From a virus: 64,000 nucleotides of DNA. The DNA is taken from positions 9,533-73,532 of IMG/VR virus record IMGVR_UViG_3300031787_000075; one strand, written 5' to 3'. Shown piece after piece: positions 9,119 to 18,155 of this stretch (the stretch's first letter is position 1; each line of letters opens with the position of its first letter). A program made the position numbers and the translations under genes. The notes beneath the pieces are model-generated. The model was not told the DNA's origin, did no database searches, and saw only the letters and a program-made list of their open reading frames with translations.

Positions 9119-11461
9119 TTAATCATTATACTCTCTTTCTACAAAGATTTGTCTATCAGTTGTTTTTTCTCGTTCTGCACTTTTCTTCTGCTCTTCATTC
9201 AAATATACTATTTGGCTGCCCATAATAGCGCCACCATTGGCAACTAATAAGTCTAAATCTGTAAAATCTTCTATACTTCCTGCATCCTTACATTGCTGCA
9301 TAAATCTTATATGCTTTTCTCTGTGGCCATGCTTTTCTATGTAATCTCTTACAGAATTAAATAGCTTTTGTTGGCTACCCCTACTTGTAAATCCTGGAGT
9401 ATTTTTAAGTTTTTTAGTGGCAGGGTCAATATCATATTTCATATAGCCTCCGAAACCTTTTTCATCAAAATAATGCCATATAGCGGGAACGTCAATTTCA
9501 GGGTATGACATAGCATTGTAATACAAGGCAGCTTTCAATTGGTCTTCACAATATTCTGTTAAGGTACCTGGCCTATACAAATATGTTGCTACGGTGGTGT
9601 GACTGGACCATTGACTAACAGGAATGTTGTGATCTATTCTTTCATCGTAATTCCAAAATATGGAACCACCACCTAATGACATTCTTTTACCTTCTGTTTT
9701 GTTGGCCTTAAATGGGTCGCCTCCATGAGTAAATTCTTCTGAAAATCTTGGGTCTGGTTCAAAATGAAATCCGTTGAAAATTCTTTTGTTGTTGTGATGT
9801 ATAAGTTTTGTTACATGCCATCTGCCATCGCTTTTTTCTACAAACTCAACTTTGCCTCCAAATATGTTATCTACCCATTCAAAATCTCCAATTCTAAGTT
9901 CTGGAGGATTAAACTTAAGTTCATCAATCCTGTCTTCTATTATCTTGGAGTTAAATCCTATTTCACCATCCTTTGTTCTAAAACACTCTCTAAATTTAAC
10001 TGGATATAGTCTAACCTCTTCATTGTAACTATCAATATCTCCAACTTTTATGTAGGCATCTCTTTGGCTTTTTAAGGCAACTTTAGAACCAACGGTTATA
10101 AATTTTCCGTTTACGCCTTTTACAGGAACTTTAGGTGTTTCTACTACCGTATCACCATATTCATCAACATAACCTTCCAAACCATCCCATGCAGGAAAAA
10201 AGAAATTCATTAATCCGCTAGGTGTTTGCCCTAACGCATCTCTTGTCTGCCAATGCGAAAGTTTTGATAGTCTAAAATAAGAATCTCCACCCTTTTTGGT
10301 CATTTCGCCAACGGTTGAAGGATAGCCTATAAATCCGTTTACAACGGCCCTATTTCCTTGCGCAACACATGGCAGCAATACCTTGTGTCTTGCATCTACT
10401 TTTTCTGCAGTTGTTTTTCCTCCCTCGTCTGCCAATAACCAATACAGCTTTAAACCATCGTAAAATGAACCACTTGCCTTGTCTGAATAAGTTATCCTAG
10501 ACCTTAATGCTTTGTTTTTAACGCTGTCCTTGTCAGCTTTTGTTTGGTTCTTATTCTTTTGAGGTTTAAATTCTAATCCGGCAGAAGGGTCGTCATATCC
10601 ACCAGTCATTGGTTTGAAAAAGAATGGCATCCTTCTCCATCCAGGCAAAAGTATTGTGTCGTAAATCTCCCCGGCTTTATCTCCTGTATCGGCAATTATT
10701 CCACTTTCTATACCAGCTTTATAAATTGTTTCAAGGTATTGAGCGCACAAATGTTTGTTTGTTGCTCCATCCCTTCTGCCTTTTGGATATTGATATCCAA
10801 GCATGGTTCTTTTGCCAACGTCTTTTGTTTTTGGTTTTTTGCCATAAATGGTTTCTTCGTAAACCATTCTTCCGTATTCATCAAAAACAGGCGTTTCAGA
10901 CGTTGTGTAAGCGTATTTTACGGCATGATACCATCTTCTATCTTTATCCCTGTAATCAGGTGGTGTAAGGTCTGCAAACAACCAAAAATTTAGATAGGTA
11001 TAATGCCACCCATCTATGTATGTGGGCTTTCCTTTTATAAACTGCCATTCCCCAACAAACCTTTTTTTAATGGCTCTTTTTATCCAAACAATTTCATCAT
11101 ACCAATCAACTCCTGAATTTTGTTTTAAAATATCCCAAATCCTGTCTGAATTATTTTCTTCTTCAAAAATTAACCTTTTAAGTCGTTCCGGCATTTCATC
11201 CTTTACAAACTTTTGCTCTAATGCAGGTAAACCCCAGTTAACCATTTCATGGAGTTCGGGCATTTTTATTTTGACAAAATTGTGGTTTATTGTATGAACA
11301 TTCCACTCCTCTCTAGGTTGAGGCAACTCAATCCATATCTCATGCAAATCTTCATCTCCCCTGTTTAAAATAACATACTTGTCGGGTCTTTTATAGGTGA
11401 CAAGTGTTTTTGGGTCGATTTCATCTTTATATCTTGATATTAAATCAGACAGGTAACTCAC
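9119..11461 (-). CDS. terL: Terminase large subunit
   Basis: 'KPTYIDGWHYTYLNFW', Walker A variant 'PKGRRDGAT', Walker B 'LLADEGGK', 'YPST' coupling motif, nuclease 'HGGDPF' and C-terminal 'DLDLLVA'. Confidence 0.9.
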   Translation of the reverse strand: MSYLSDLISRYKDEIDPKTLVTYKRPDKYVILNRGDEDLHEIWIELPQPREEWNVHTINHNFVKIKMPELHEMVNWGLPALEQKFVKDEMPERLKRLIFEEENNSDRIWDILKQNSGVDWYDEIVWIKRAIKKRFVGEWQFIKGKPTYIDGWHYTYLNFWLFADLTPPDYRDKDRRWYHAVKYAYTTSETPVFDEYGRMVYEETIYGKKPKTKDVGKRTMLGYQYPKGRRDGATNKHLCAQYLETIYKAGIESGIIADTGDKAGEIYDTILLPGWRRMPFFFKPMTGGYDDPSAGLEFKPQKNKNQTKADKDSVKNKALRSRITYSDKASGSFYDGLKLYWLLADEGGKTTAEKVDARHKVLLPCVAQGNRAVVNGFIGYPSTVGEMTKKGGDSYFRLSKLSHWQTRDALGQTPSGLMNFFFPAWDGLEGYVDEYGDTVVETPKVPVKGVNGKFITVGSKVALKSQRDAYIKVGDIDSYNEEVRLYPVKFRECFRTKDGEIGFNSKIIEDRIDELKFNPPELRIGDFEWVDNIFGGKVEFVEKSDGRWHVTKLIHHNNKRIFNGFHFEPDPRFSEEFTHGGDPFKANKTEGKRMSLGGGSIFWNYDERIDHNIPVSQWSSHTTVATYLYRPGTLTEYCEDQLKAALYYNAMSYPEIDVPAIWHYFDEKGFGGYMKYDIDPATKKLKNTPGFTSRGSQQKLFNSVRDYIEKHGHREKHIRFMQQCKDAGSIEDFTDLDLLVANGGAIMGSQIVYLNEEQKKSAEREKTTDRQIFVEREYND

Positions 11462-12056
11462 TAGGATTTTCTCTTAATTTTATGGCAATTTCTTCCGGTG
11501 TTAATTCTACCTTTTCTTCCAAGTAGTATCGTTGTAGTCTTCTAATTAAAACATCTGAACTTTCAGATTTTATAATTTGATTTCTTGTAGCCAACAATTC
11601 TTTTTCTGCTTCGGTTAATGTTTTTATGGAATCTTTTTCTCCAGTCAACAATTCTTTTGAGGCTCTATAATAAACCTGCATTAATACATGATATTTCTGC
11701 CAACGAATATCATTTGTCATTATCAGGTACCTACAAATCATTTCATTGATTATTGGATCCTCGCAAACAATCATTTTTTCTACATTCTCCGAAAATTTTC
11801 CATTTTCTTTTTTAAACCCGGCAAGTTCGGCAGAAATTAGTTTGGCTCTTAAGGCATCTTTAACCTCTTCTAGTATAGGAGAATTTGGGTCATAGAAATA
11901 TATGATATATTTTAATACATTCTTTCTTGGCAATGAAGATACAGCATAAAACTCTTGGTGTTTATTAAAACCTTCAAAAACCAAAAAAGGGTCTTGATTA
12001 CCCTTTAATGTGTCAACTCTAAATGTTAGATTAGAAAAATCAAATTCCATCGGCAA
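11445..12056 (-). CDS. Hypothetical protein upstream of TerL (possible small terminase)
   Basis: Helical 203-aa protein overlapping the TerL start; called from position only. Confidence 0.45.
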   Translation of the reverse strand: MPMEFDFSNLTFRVDTLKGNQDPFLVFEGFNKHQEFYAVSSLPRKNVLKYIIYFYDPNSPILEEVKDALRAKLISAELAGFKKENGKFSENVEKMIVCEDPIINEMICRYLIMTNDIRWQKYHVLMQVYYRASKELLTGEKDSIKTLTEAEKELLATRNQIIKSESSDVLIRRLQRYYLEEKVELTPEEIAIKLRENPSELPV

Positions 12057-12582
12057 GTTTATTAATAGCCATTTTGCCTAAAAATAAAAATATGGAAACT
12101 CCTCCAATAAAAGCCAATGCCTTCATCCACCATGGGGTATGCGTTATGACTCTAACAATTGGAGGCAATGTTTTAACCTTTTCTTTGGTGCTTAACTTAT
12201 AAGTTAAATTTTTTATTGTGGTTTCCTGCTCTTTAATCTTAGAACTAAATCTGCTTACTGAACCCTGTAAGTTAACTTTTAAGTCTATCATTCCGTTTTT
12301 AACAGATACATCAAAAACATCTCCTCCTCTTACAATTCTTGTTTTGGCTCCATCTACGCATGGCAAACTTTGTTGAACAACTAAGCTATCTTTAATAACT
12401 ACTGAATCTTTAATGTTCAATACGGTCTTAACAGATATGGAATCCTTTATCCTAATAGAATCTTTAATGGCAATAGAATCGTGACTAGGACAAATCTTTT
12501 GCGCTCTTTGGCAGGGGGTCTTTCTAACCCCACAGCCAAAAAAGTAAACAGCAAATAACAATACTATTGTAATACGGCCCAT
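12040..12582 (-). CDS. Unimolecular spanin-like lipoprotein
   Basis: N-terminal lipobox-like FFGC, beta-rich middle, C-terminal transmembrane helix (WWMKALAFIGGVSIFLFLG); in the lysis cassette. Confidence 0.65.
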   Translation of the reverse strand: MGRITIVLLFAVYFFGCGVRKTPCQRAQKICPSHDSIAIKDSIRIKDSISVKTVLNIKDSVVIKDSLVVQQSLPCVDGAKTRIVRGGDVFDVSVKNGMIDLKVNLQGSVSRFSSKIKEQETTIKNLTYKLSTKEKVKTLPPIVRVITHTPWWMKALAFIGGVSIFLFLGKMAINKLADGI

Positions 12583-12833
12583 ACGTCTGCCTCCCTCATG
12601 ATTAAATAATCTTCCGAATTGTAGTTGATTGAAGAACCCGCGTGTTTTGCAAACAAAACTTTATCGCCTTCTTTAATCTGAATAGGCTCGTCTTTTGACT
12701 TACCTGGACCGCAACTTACAACAACTCCTGTTTGGGTTTTTTCTTTGGCAGTATCCGGAATAAAAATTCCTGATGCCGTTTTTGATTCTGCTTGATCTGG
12801 ACGTACCAGAACTCTGTCTGCTAGCATTTTCAT
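12564..12833 (-). CDS. groES: Co-chaperonin GroES (Cpn10)
   Basis: Canonical 'LADRVLV..ESKTASGIFIPDTAKEK..G.VV..GPG..GDKVLF.K..G...YLIMREADV'. Confidence 0.95.
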   Translation of the reverse strand: MKMLADRVLVRPDQAESKTASGIFIPDTAKEKTQTGVVVSCGPGKSKDEPIQIKEGDKVLFAKHAGSSINYNSEDYLIMREADVWAVLQ

Positions 12834-12849
12834 ATATCTGTGTAAAAAT

Positions 12850-13365
12850 TTAATTTGATAATTTTGGGTAATTAGTGCCTTGAATTACATTTTTTGTTCG
12901 AACCCTTTGGTCCAAAACAACAACCGATAATCCAAATGTTTTTTGGAAATGCGGTGCGTCCGGAAAAGAAGCCCAATCGCCTCCCCACTCCCAACCATAT
13001 TGCTTGGCAATGGTAACGATCTCTTGCCAGTCTATTTTTCCGTCTTTGTCGAAATCTAATCTAGTATCCCAACTAGCTTCTTCGAATACGCCATCTCCAT
13101 TTCTGTCAATTAATAGGCAAATATCAAAAGCTAATCCAAAATTGTGGTAGCTTCTGCCTCCTTTTGCTCTAGTAACTATTTTGCCAGGCTTTGTTCTGCC
13201 CTGCGCAAACAATTCATCTTGTTCTGCATAAGTAGAATAAACTCTAGTAAATCTAACCCTGATACGGCCAGATAATACTACGCACATTTCCTTATACATT
13301 TCTTCCAGCTCAAACCTAACTGCAGGGTGAGCGGTTTTAATACGGTCTAATGTTATCCTATCCAT
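12850..13365 (-). CDS. Endolysin, M15 L-alanyl-D-glutamate peptidase
   Basis: 'EQDELFAQGRTKPGKIVT', 'SYHNFGLAFD', 'WGGDW..FPDAPHFQ'; DxxxDG loops (DRNGDG, DFDKDGKID) suggest Ca binding. Confidence 0.9.
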   Translation of the reverse strand: MDRITLDRIKTAHPAVRFELEEMYKEMCVVLSGRIRVRFTRVYSTYAEQDELFAQGRTKPGKIVTRAKGGRSYHNFGLAFDICLLIDRNGDGVFEEASWDTRLDFDKDGKIDWQEIVTIAKQYGWEWGGDWASFPDAPHFQKTFGLSVVVLDQRVRTKNVIQGTNYPKLSN

Positions 13366-13949
13366 GCGTTTACTTTTTCAAACGAATATATAATTTGTTT
13401 TGGTGCTTTTTCATCTCCTCCAAAATATCCTGGGGCAGAAAAGCCTGCTAGACTTGGAATACTTTGTGAAAAAGAAAAGGTTTGGAAATCGTCTATTACA
13501 GGGTAAGTGTGTAAAAATGATGACCTTATACTTTTAGAATACCTAAAATTTACAATTTGCTTGTCTTGCTGTGGGTTAACTATTAAAAATATTTTTTCAT
13601 CAACCTTTAGGTTTATTATAGGAAAATTTCCTAGTTCAGCCCAAATAGTCATTCCGTTTTGGTGGACGTATGGGGCAACTTGAAAGCACTCCAACTCCGG
13701 TTTCCATCTCCATGACCAACGGCTGCTATTGATTTTCATTTGGAATTGCTTTGCCAATGGAAACAATCCCCAGCTTGCGCCAAACAATTTATTCCAATCG
13801 TCTTGGTTAACCACATCTTTGGTTTCGTAAATAGCATCTTTACCAAAACTAATCATTGCGGCCATGGTTCCGGTACCAAAAAGATTTAGCCTCAAACCAG
13901 TAAATTGATTTGAGGCCAAGTGACAATTTTTGTTTATTCTAACCTTCAT
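13353..13949 (-). CDS. Hypothetical beta-sandwich protein in the lysis cassette
   Basis: 'DWNKLFG' and 'YFGGDEKAP' motifs; function unknown. Confidence 0.5.
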   Translation of the reverse strand: MKVRINKNCHLASNQFTGLRLNLFGTGTMAAMISFGKDAIYETKDVVNQDDWNKLFGASWGLFPLAKQFQMKINSSRWSWRWKPELECFQVAPYVHQNGMTIWAELGNFPIINLKVDEKIFLIVNPQQDKQIVNFRYSKSIRSSFLHTYPVIDDFQTFSFSQSIPSLAGFSAPGYFGGDEKAPKQIIYSFEKVNAWIG

Positions 13950-14325
13950 TGCTTTTTCGTTGCAAGAAATTAAATAATCCTTTTAAAATATCTGTGCCAG
14001 TAATTGCTTCTATATTTTCTCTCATTGACTGCAATTCTGTTAGGGCAATTATGGCTACCAATGGCTTTACTAATGGAATATTGCTTTCGTCTGCAAAATA
14101 CAATTCACACGCTCGAACCATCATTAAAGCAACTAGGTAGGCAGAACCAGTATAAAATTTCTTTATCATGGATCTACTATTAAAATTTCCTTTTTTGGAG
14201 CCTTTTATCATTCCAGTCACCCAATCAAACATCACAAGGCTGCCAACAAATAAAAGTGAGGTATAAATAGGAGCCAAATAAGCTACTATTCCCGCAATAA
14301 CAAGTGGCAGATATTTTTCGTACAT
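13939..14325 (-). CDS. Holin
   Basis: Three hydrophobic segments; 'DWVTG' and 'ELQSMRENI' are typical of phage holin family 4. Confidence 0.8.
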   Translation of the reverse strand: MYEKYLPLVIAGIVAYLAPIYTSLLFVGSLVMFDWVTGMIKGSKKGNFNSRSMIKKFYTGSAYLVALMMVRACELYFADESNIPLVKPLVAIIALTELQSMRENIEAITGTDILKGLFNFLQRKSNEG

Positions 14326-14327
14326 GA

Positions 14328-14669
14328 TTATTTACCTTCTATTAAAGCATCTACTTGGGCCAAAACAATAGGATTAAATCCAGCTAATTTGCATTGCTGC
14401 TTAATTTCGGTTAAATCCTCAACTTTAAAATCAGGACATTCATTTTTAGTAATTGAAATAATCCAATGCCCTCTTTTTACCAATACGTCAACTTCTGGAC
14501 CGTTCTCTTTTGGAACAAAGTTTAATGCCGTTTTTAACACTAATGCTAGTGTTAATGGAACTTCGATAACTTCTTTTGGAGAGCCATCTTTGTTGTAACC
14601 TGTTACAGTTGTTTGTGTTGCGGGTTTACCTTCTAAGTCAAATAATTGTTTGGTTAAATCTAACTTCAT
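14328..14669 (-). CDS. Hypothetical protein (possible tail-fibre chaperone)
   Basis: 'LTKQLFDLEGKP' motif, downstream of the tail fibre; start moved to ATG 14669. Confidence 0.45.
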   Translation of the reverse strand: MKLDLTKQLFDLEGKPATQTTVTGYNKDGSPKEVIEVPLTLALVLKTALNFVPKENGPEVDVLVKRGHWIISITKNECPDFKVEDLTEIKQQCKLAGFNPIVLAQVDALIEGK

Positions 14670-14679
14670 ATTTTGTAAA

Positions 14680-15054
14680 TTAAACGATTTCAAATTGAAC
14701 TGTTGGATATGCTTCTTTTAGTTTAGTTAACATTTGATTTTGTAATGTTGTAAAACTTGGGTCTTCTTCTTTTGTTGTAAAAGAAGCAATAGTATCAGCT
14801 TTATCCCAATAATTGATAGTTTCTGTTTTAGGTACTTCTACCTTAACTGTTTCAAGTTCCTCTGTTTCAGGGTTAACAATTTCCTTTTCCTCAAATACTG
14901 AATAGTTTTGAGTTTTTTCTTTTACCTCCCCAATTTCTGCTGTTACTATTAACCCTATAAATTTATCTGGACTTGCGTAATCAACATTAATTAATGGATC
15001 TGTGTATTTAGCAATCCCATTGCTACCCACAATTATTCCTTTTGCTTGTATCAT
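14680..15054 (-). CDS. Hypothetical protein
   Basis: 124-aa ORF packed in the operon. Confidence 0.5.
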   Translation of the reverse strand: MIQAKGIIVGSNGIAKYTDPLINVDYASPDKFIGLIVTAEIGEVKEKTQNYSVFEEKEIVNPETEELETVKVEVPKTETINYWDKADTIASFTTKEEDPSFTTLQNQMLTKLKEAYPTVQFEIV

Positions 15055-15057
15055 TTA

Positions 15058-16866
15058 TTAAGATATTTTAATTGTTCCACCATCGTTCCATAATTCTCCA
15101 GGACTTCCTGCTGTTGTTCTTAAATTTTTCAAAAACACTCTACCTTGTTCTACATCTATTGCTCTAAAATCTGGGGCAGTACCTATTGTTACTGTTCCCG
15201 TTCCAGACCCAGCTCCAGTAGCTACAAATACAACGCCTACAGTATTTGATGAAGCCCCTATTAATGTAAAGTCTGTAGTTCCAATACTTGCAATTGTATA
15301 TCTTTGACCTACTGTTAGTCCACTAGAAACATTTACAGTAGCACCAATTAAAGGTGCAACCCATAATCCTCTTGTAATACCATTTGCACCGCCAGTTTGA
15401 TTAATAGTTCCACTATAAACAAAAGCTGAAAAGTTAGCATTTCCAGATGTAGGAGCAAAACTTATATTCATATTAAAACCTGCTCTGTCTGTACTTGTAT
15501 TTGTCCAAGCACTAATTGAAGTTAAAATAAAAGCATTTGGATTAAATGTTGTTGGTCCACCTACAGTTGCATTAAAAGCATTTCCTGCAAAACTTAATGT
15601 TACAACCCCCATTGTAATTAGTGGATTTAATCCCGGAACTTGTGGGTTGTATGTAATACCTGTCGTTCCACCTACGCTAAAAACTGTATTTCTAGCTAAT
15701 GCAGTTCCGTCATTAAATAATGTATCAAAGTTTAATTGAGGTACAGGATTTGAAGCCGCTTGAACAGGAGCTAAATAAATCTCATAAGTTATTTTTTGAC
15801 TTGCAGCAGTAGCATTTGTTTTCCAACCATTACCTTCTAGTATAATTGAAGGACTAAATTGTTGATTTCCTGATGTGGCTGCGGCAGGATTAGTTAATTG
15901 AATACCTATAGTTCTTGTATTTGAAGATACTCCATTTACATTATACATAAATCCTCTATTAACCATTCCATTTAGGTTAGTTAATGTAGCGTCTATTCTA
16001 ATACCAGATGCAAAACCTGTTGCAGCAACAGCTACTGTACCTGTACCACTTCCTGCGCCTGTAGCTGTAAATACTAAACCAACAGTATTAGAAGCTGCGC
16101 CTATTGCAGTATAGTTTGTTGTGCCTACAGTTAAAATTATGTATGTTTCTCCTACTGTCAATCCGCTAGACACGTTTATAGCAGGAAGAGTATTGTTAAT
16201 AGTATAAGCAAGGCTAAGACCTCTATAATTAATAGTTTTAGATGCAGCATTACTTATTCCAAAAATATGAGAAGGAATGTCAATAATTGATGCTACTGAA
16301 CCTGTCGGTGCTGTACTAAAAGTTCTGTCTGTGGCAAAAAATGTATAACTAGCGGTAGCAAAAGAACTATTGTGGCCGCTAAATAGTCTAACGTACTCTC
16401 CATTACTTGCAAAAGTTGTCCCTAGTAATGTTGCGCCAATAGCAGGTGGTGTTCCTGCCGTTCCAAAACCGATGCTATTGTTTGCTAATACTCTTGTAGC
16501 ATTGACTTGGAAATGATTTACTGAATTTATTGTTACAGTATGAGTTCCTCCAGTAGGCAATACAACTCCATTAGAGTCTAAGTATCTATCTGCCGCAAAA
16601 TGGTACCTGTTAGCTAAAACGGTTCCACTACTTGACTGAACCCATAAACCATAACTTGCAGAAGGATCGCCTCCAATACCTACATTTACATCAAACCTTA
16701 ACTTATCTGCAGCAACTTGGATAGGCAAATTTGCACCAGTACCATCGGTAATGTAAATCATTGCGCTTCCTGCTCCCGGCAATGGCGTTCCAATGCTTGA
16801 ACCAAGATTTAAAATGCCTTTATAATTGTTTGTGCCTCGAATATTTTGATTTAATAAATTTGCCAT
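15058..16866 (-). CDS. Tail fibre / receptor-binding protein
   Basis: Thr/Gly/Ala/Asn-rich; 'NVGIGG', 'TINQTGGANGITRGL' and C-terminal 'GELWNDGGTIKIS'; contains an internal duplicated module. Confidence 0.75.
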   Translation of the reverse strand: MANLLNQNIRGTNNYKGILNLGSSIGTPLPGAGSAMIYITDGTGANLPIQVAADKLRFDVNVGIGGDPSASYGLWVQSSSGTVLANRYHFAADRYLDSNGVVLPTGGTHTVTINSVNHFQVNATRVLANNSIGFGTAGTPPAIGATLLGTTFASNGEYVRLFSGHNSSFATASYTFFATDRTFSTAPTGSVASIIDIPSHIFGISNAASKTINYRGLSLAYTINNTLPAINVSSGLTVGETYIILTVGTTNYTAIGAASNTVGLVFTATGAGSGTGTVAVAATGFASGIRIDATLTNLNGMVNRGFMYNVNGVSSNTRTIGIQLTNPAAATSGNQQFSPSIILEGNGWKTNATAASQKITYEIYLAPVQAASNPVPQLNFDTLFNDGTALARNTVFSVGGTTGITYNPQVPGLNPLITMGVVTLSFAGNAFNATVGGPTTFNPNAFILTSISAWTNTSTDRAGFNMNISFAPTSGNANFSAFVYSGTINQTGGANGITRGLWVAPLIGATVNVSSGLTVGQRYTIASIGTTDFTLIGASSNTVGVVFVATGAGSGTGTVTIGTAPDFRAIDVEQGRVFLKNLRTTAGSPGELWNDGGTIKIS

Positions 16867-16877
16867 TTTATGTGTAA

Positions 16878-17024
16878 TTAAAGATTATCACCCCATTTTT
16901 CTGTTCCACCGTTGTCACCCCATTTTTCAGTTCCGGCATTGTCGCCCCACCTCCAAACAACAGAAACTATAGACGTAAAAGTCTGTCTTAAAAATTTTGA
17001 AATACCTATTCCTCTGCCTGGCAT
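16878..17024 (-). CDS. 48-aa peptide with triple WGDN repeat
   Basis: Not in the ORF track: MPGRGIGISKFLRQTFTSIVSVVWRWGDNAGTEKWGDNGGTEKWGDNL*. The ATG overlaps the upstream stop codon and the ORF fills the gap before the tail fibre. Confidence 0.7.
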   Translation of the reverse strand: MPGRGIGISKFLRQTFTSIVSVVWRWGDNAGTEKWGDNGGTEKWGDNL

Positions 17025-17410
17025 TATATGTTGTCGTTAATTTTTTTATTCAAATCCTTTGTGCTTAATAAAAGATAGGCAACAACGCTACCAGATGTTG
17101 GTCTTATTGTTGTAAAACAACCAAACCTTGGAACATAAATTTCTCCTGCATGCAAGGTTTCGCCATCAATGTTTTGTCCGGTACCTGTAAAAAGAGTTGT
17201 TGCTCCAACTACGGTTACGATATCGTCACCTATAACATTAACTTCTGTTTCTTCTTGGTTTAAAATAACCTTCTCCCTCAAAGTTTCAATGACAGTGTCT
17301 TCTCTAGGAATAAAGCTAGATACAGCGCCTTCAAAAGTTTCTCCTGTCTTTATAATTCTACTTTGCGATGCTCCGGCAATTCTGTTTATTGGTGTATTTC
17401 CTCCTGCCAT
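17024..17410 (-). CDS. Hypothetical protein (first gene of the late operon)
   Basis: 128 aa, beta-rich; promoter at 17430. Confidence 0.55.
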   Translation of the reverse strand: MAGGNTPINRIAGASQSRIIKTGETFEGAVSSFIPREDTVIETLREKVILNQEETEVNVIGDDIVTVVGATTLFTGTGQNIDGETLHAGEIYVPRFGCFTTIRPTSGSVVAYLLLSTKDLNKKINDNI

Positions 17411-17429
17411 GTCAATAATAATTTATCCT

Positions 17430-17437
17430 CAAAATTA
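17430..17437 (-). promoter_or_regulatory. Bacteroidota -7 promoter element (TAATTTTG)
   Basis: TAnnTTTG match heading the leftward operon. Confidence 0.6.
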
Positions 17438-17517
17438 ATATTTTTTTGCAAATAAAATACAAGAGGTTATTTTTGACCCGCTTCCCAAAGCAAAAACCAC
17501 GAATGAAAAGATATTTT

Positions 17518-17597
17518 AAATTAAGCCATTCCTTGAACACGTTGGGTTTTCTGTGGACCCTTTGGGAACGTGGGAGAGGGGTGGCTTAATTTTTTTT
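17518..17597 (+). other. Long structured hairpin / terminator-like RNA element
   Basis: AAATTAAGCCA...TGGCTTAATTT outer stem with inner CACGTT/AACGTG and GGGT/ACCC stems, followed by a T-run. Confidence 0.6.
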
Positions 17598-17628
17598 ACA
17601 AAAAAACAATAATATCGGAAAATAATCC

Positions 17629-17659
17629 TTGCAATATATCCGAATTAAGATTATTGTTG
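17629..17659 (+). promoter_or_regulatory. Bacteroidota promoter (TTG-N20-TATTGTTG)
   Basis: -33/-7 spacing fits, with one mismatch in the -7 element; 4 nt before ATG 17664. Confidence 0.5.
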
Positions 17660-17663
17660 CATC

Positions 17664-18155
17664 ATGGAAATACAAGTAGAAAAATCTTTGTCAAAGATTA
17701 AAGAACAAAAAATTTCAATTACAGAATTATTTTTTTTAGAATTAGTTAAAAAGCTTGGAGAGCCTATTGCTGTTAAAGATGTTATGCCTCACATTAAAGA
17801 AGCAAACATGAAGCAAGATACGGTTTACAGGATTTTAAAAAAGCTGGAAAAAAAGGGATTGATAAAATATAAATCTAATCTTACGCCTCCAGATTCTTTA
17901 TATCTAATTATAAGCGAGCCTAGTAAATTACTTAAAATAGGAATAAGCAGTAATCCATTAAAAAGGGCTAAAGATATTTCTTTGGCATCAACTCTTCCAA
18001 CAAAAGTTCTTTATTCTTTCAATGGGCTTTCTCACTTAGAAAAAGAACTTAAATTAAAGTACAAGAACCTAAATATTGGAGGAGAGTGGTTTAATTATTC
18101 AGAAGAAATAGTTAAAGAATTTCAAAACTTAAAAAATAGCACGACAAATGAATAA
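17664..18155 (+). CDS. Winged-HTH plus GIY-YIG (T5orf172-like) protein
   Basis: 'TVYRILKKLEKKGLI' wHTH, then 'LYLI...LKIGISSNPLKR...LEKELK...GEWF'. Confidence 0.75.
   Translation: MEIQVEKSLSKIKEQKISITELFFLELVKKLGEPIAVKDVMPHIKEANMKQDTVYRILKKLEKKGLIKYKSNLTPPDSLYLIISEPSKLLKIGISSNPLKRAKDISLASTLPTKVLYSFNGLSHLEKELKLKYKNLNIGGEWFNYSEEIVKEFQNLKNSTTNE

Noticed and set aside
9119-11461. Intein or intron in TerL (also checked in the primase-helicase)
   Set aside because: Lengths are ordinary, and no C/S...HN splice motifs or homing endonuclease inserts were seen.
15188-16180. Diversity-generating retroelement TR/VR pair
   Set aside because: Differences are mostly synonymous rather than adenine-specific, both copies are coding, and no reverse transcriptase is present.
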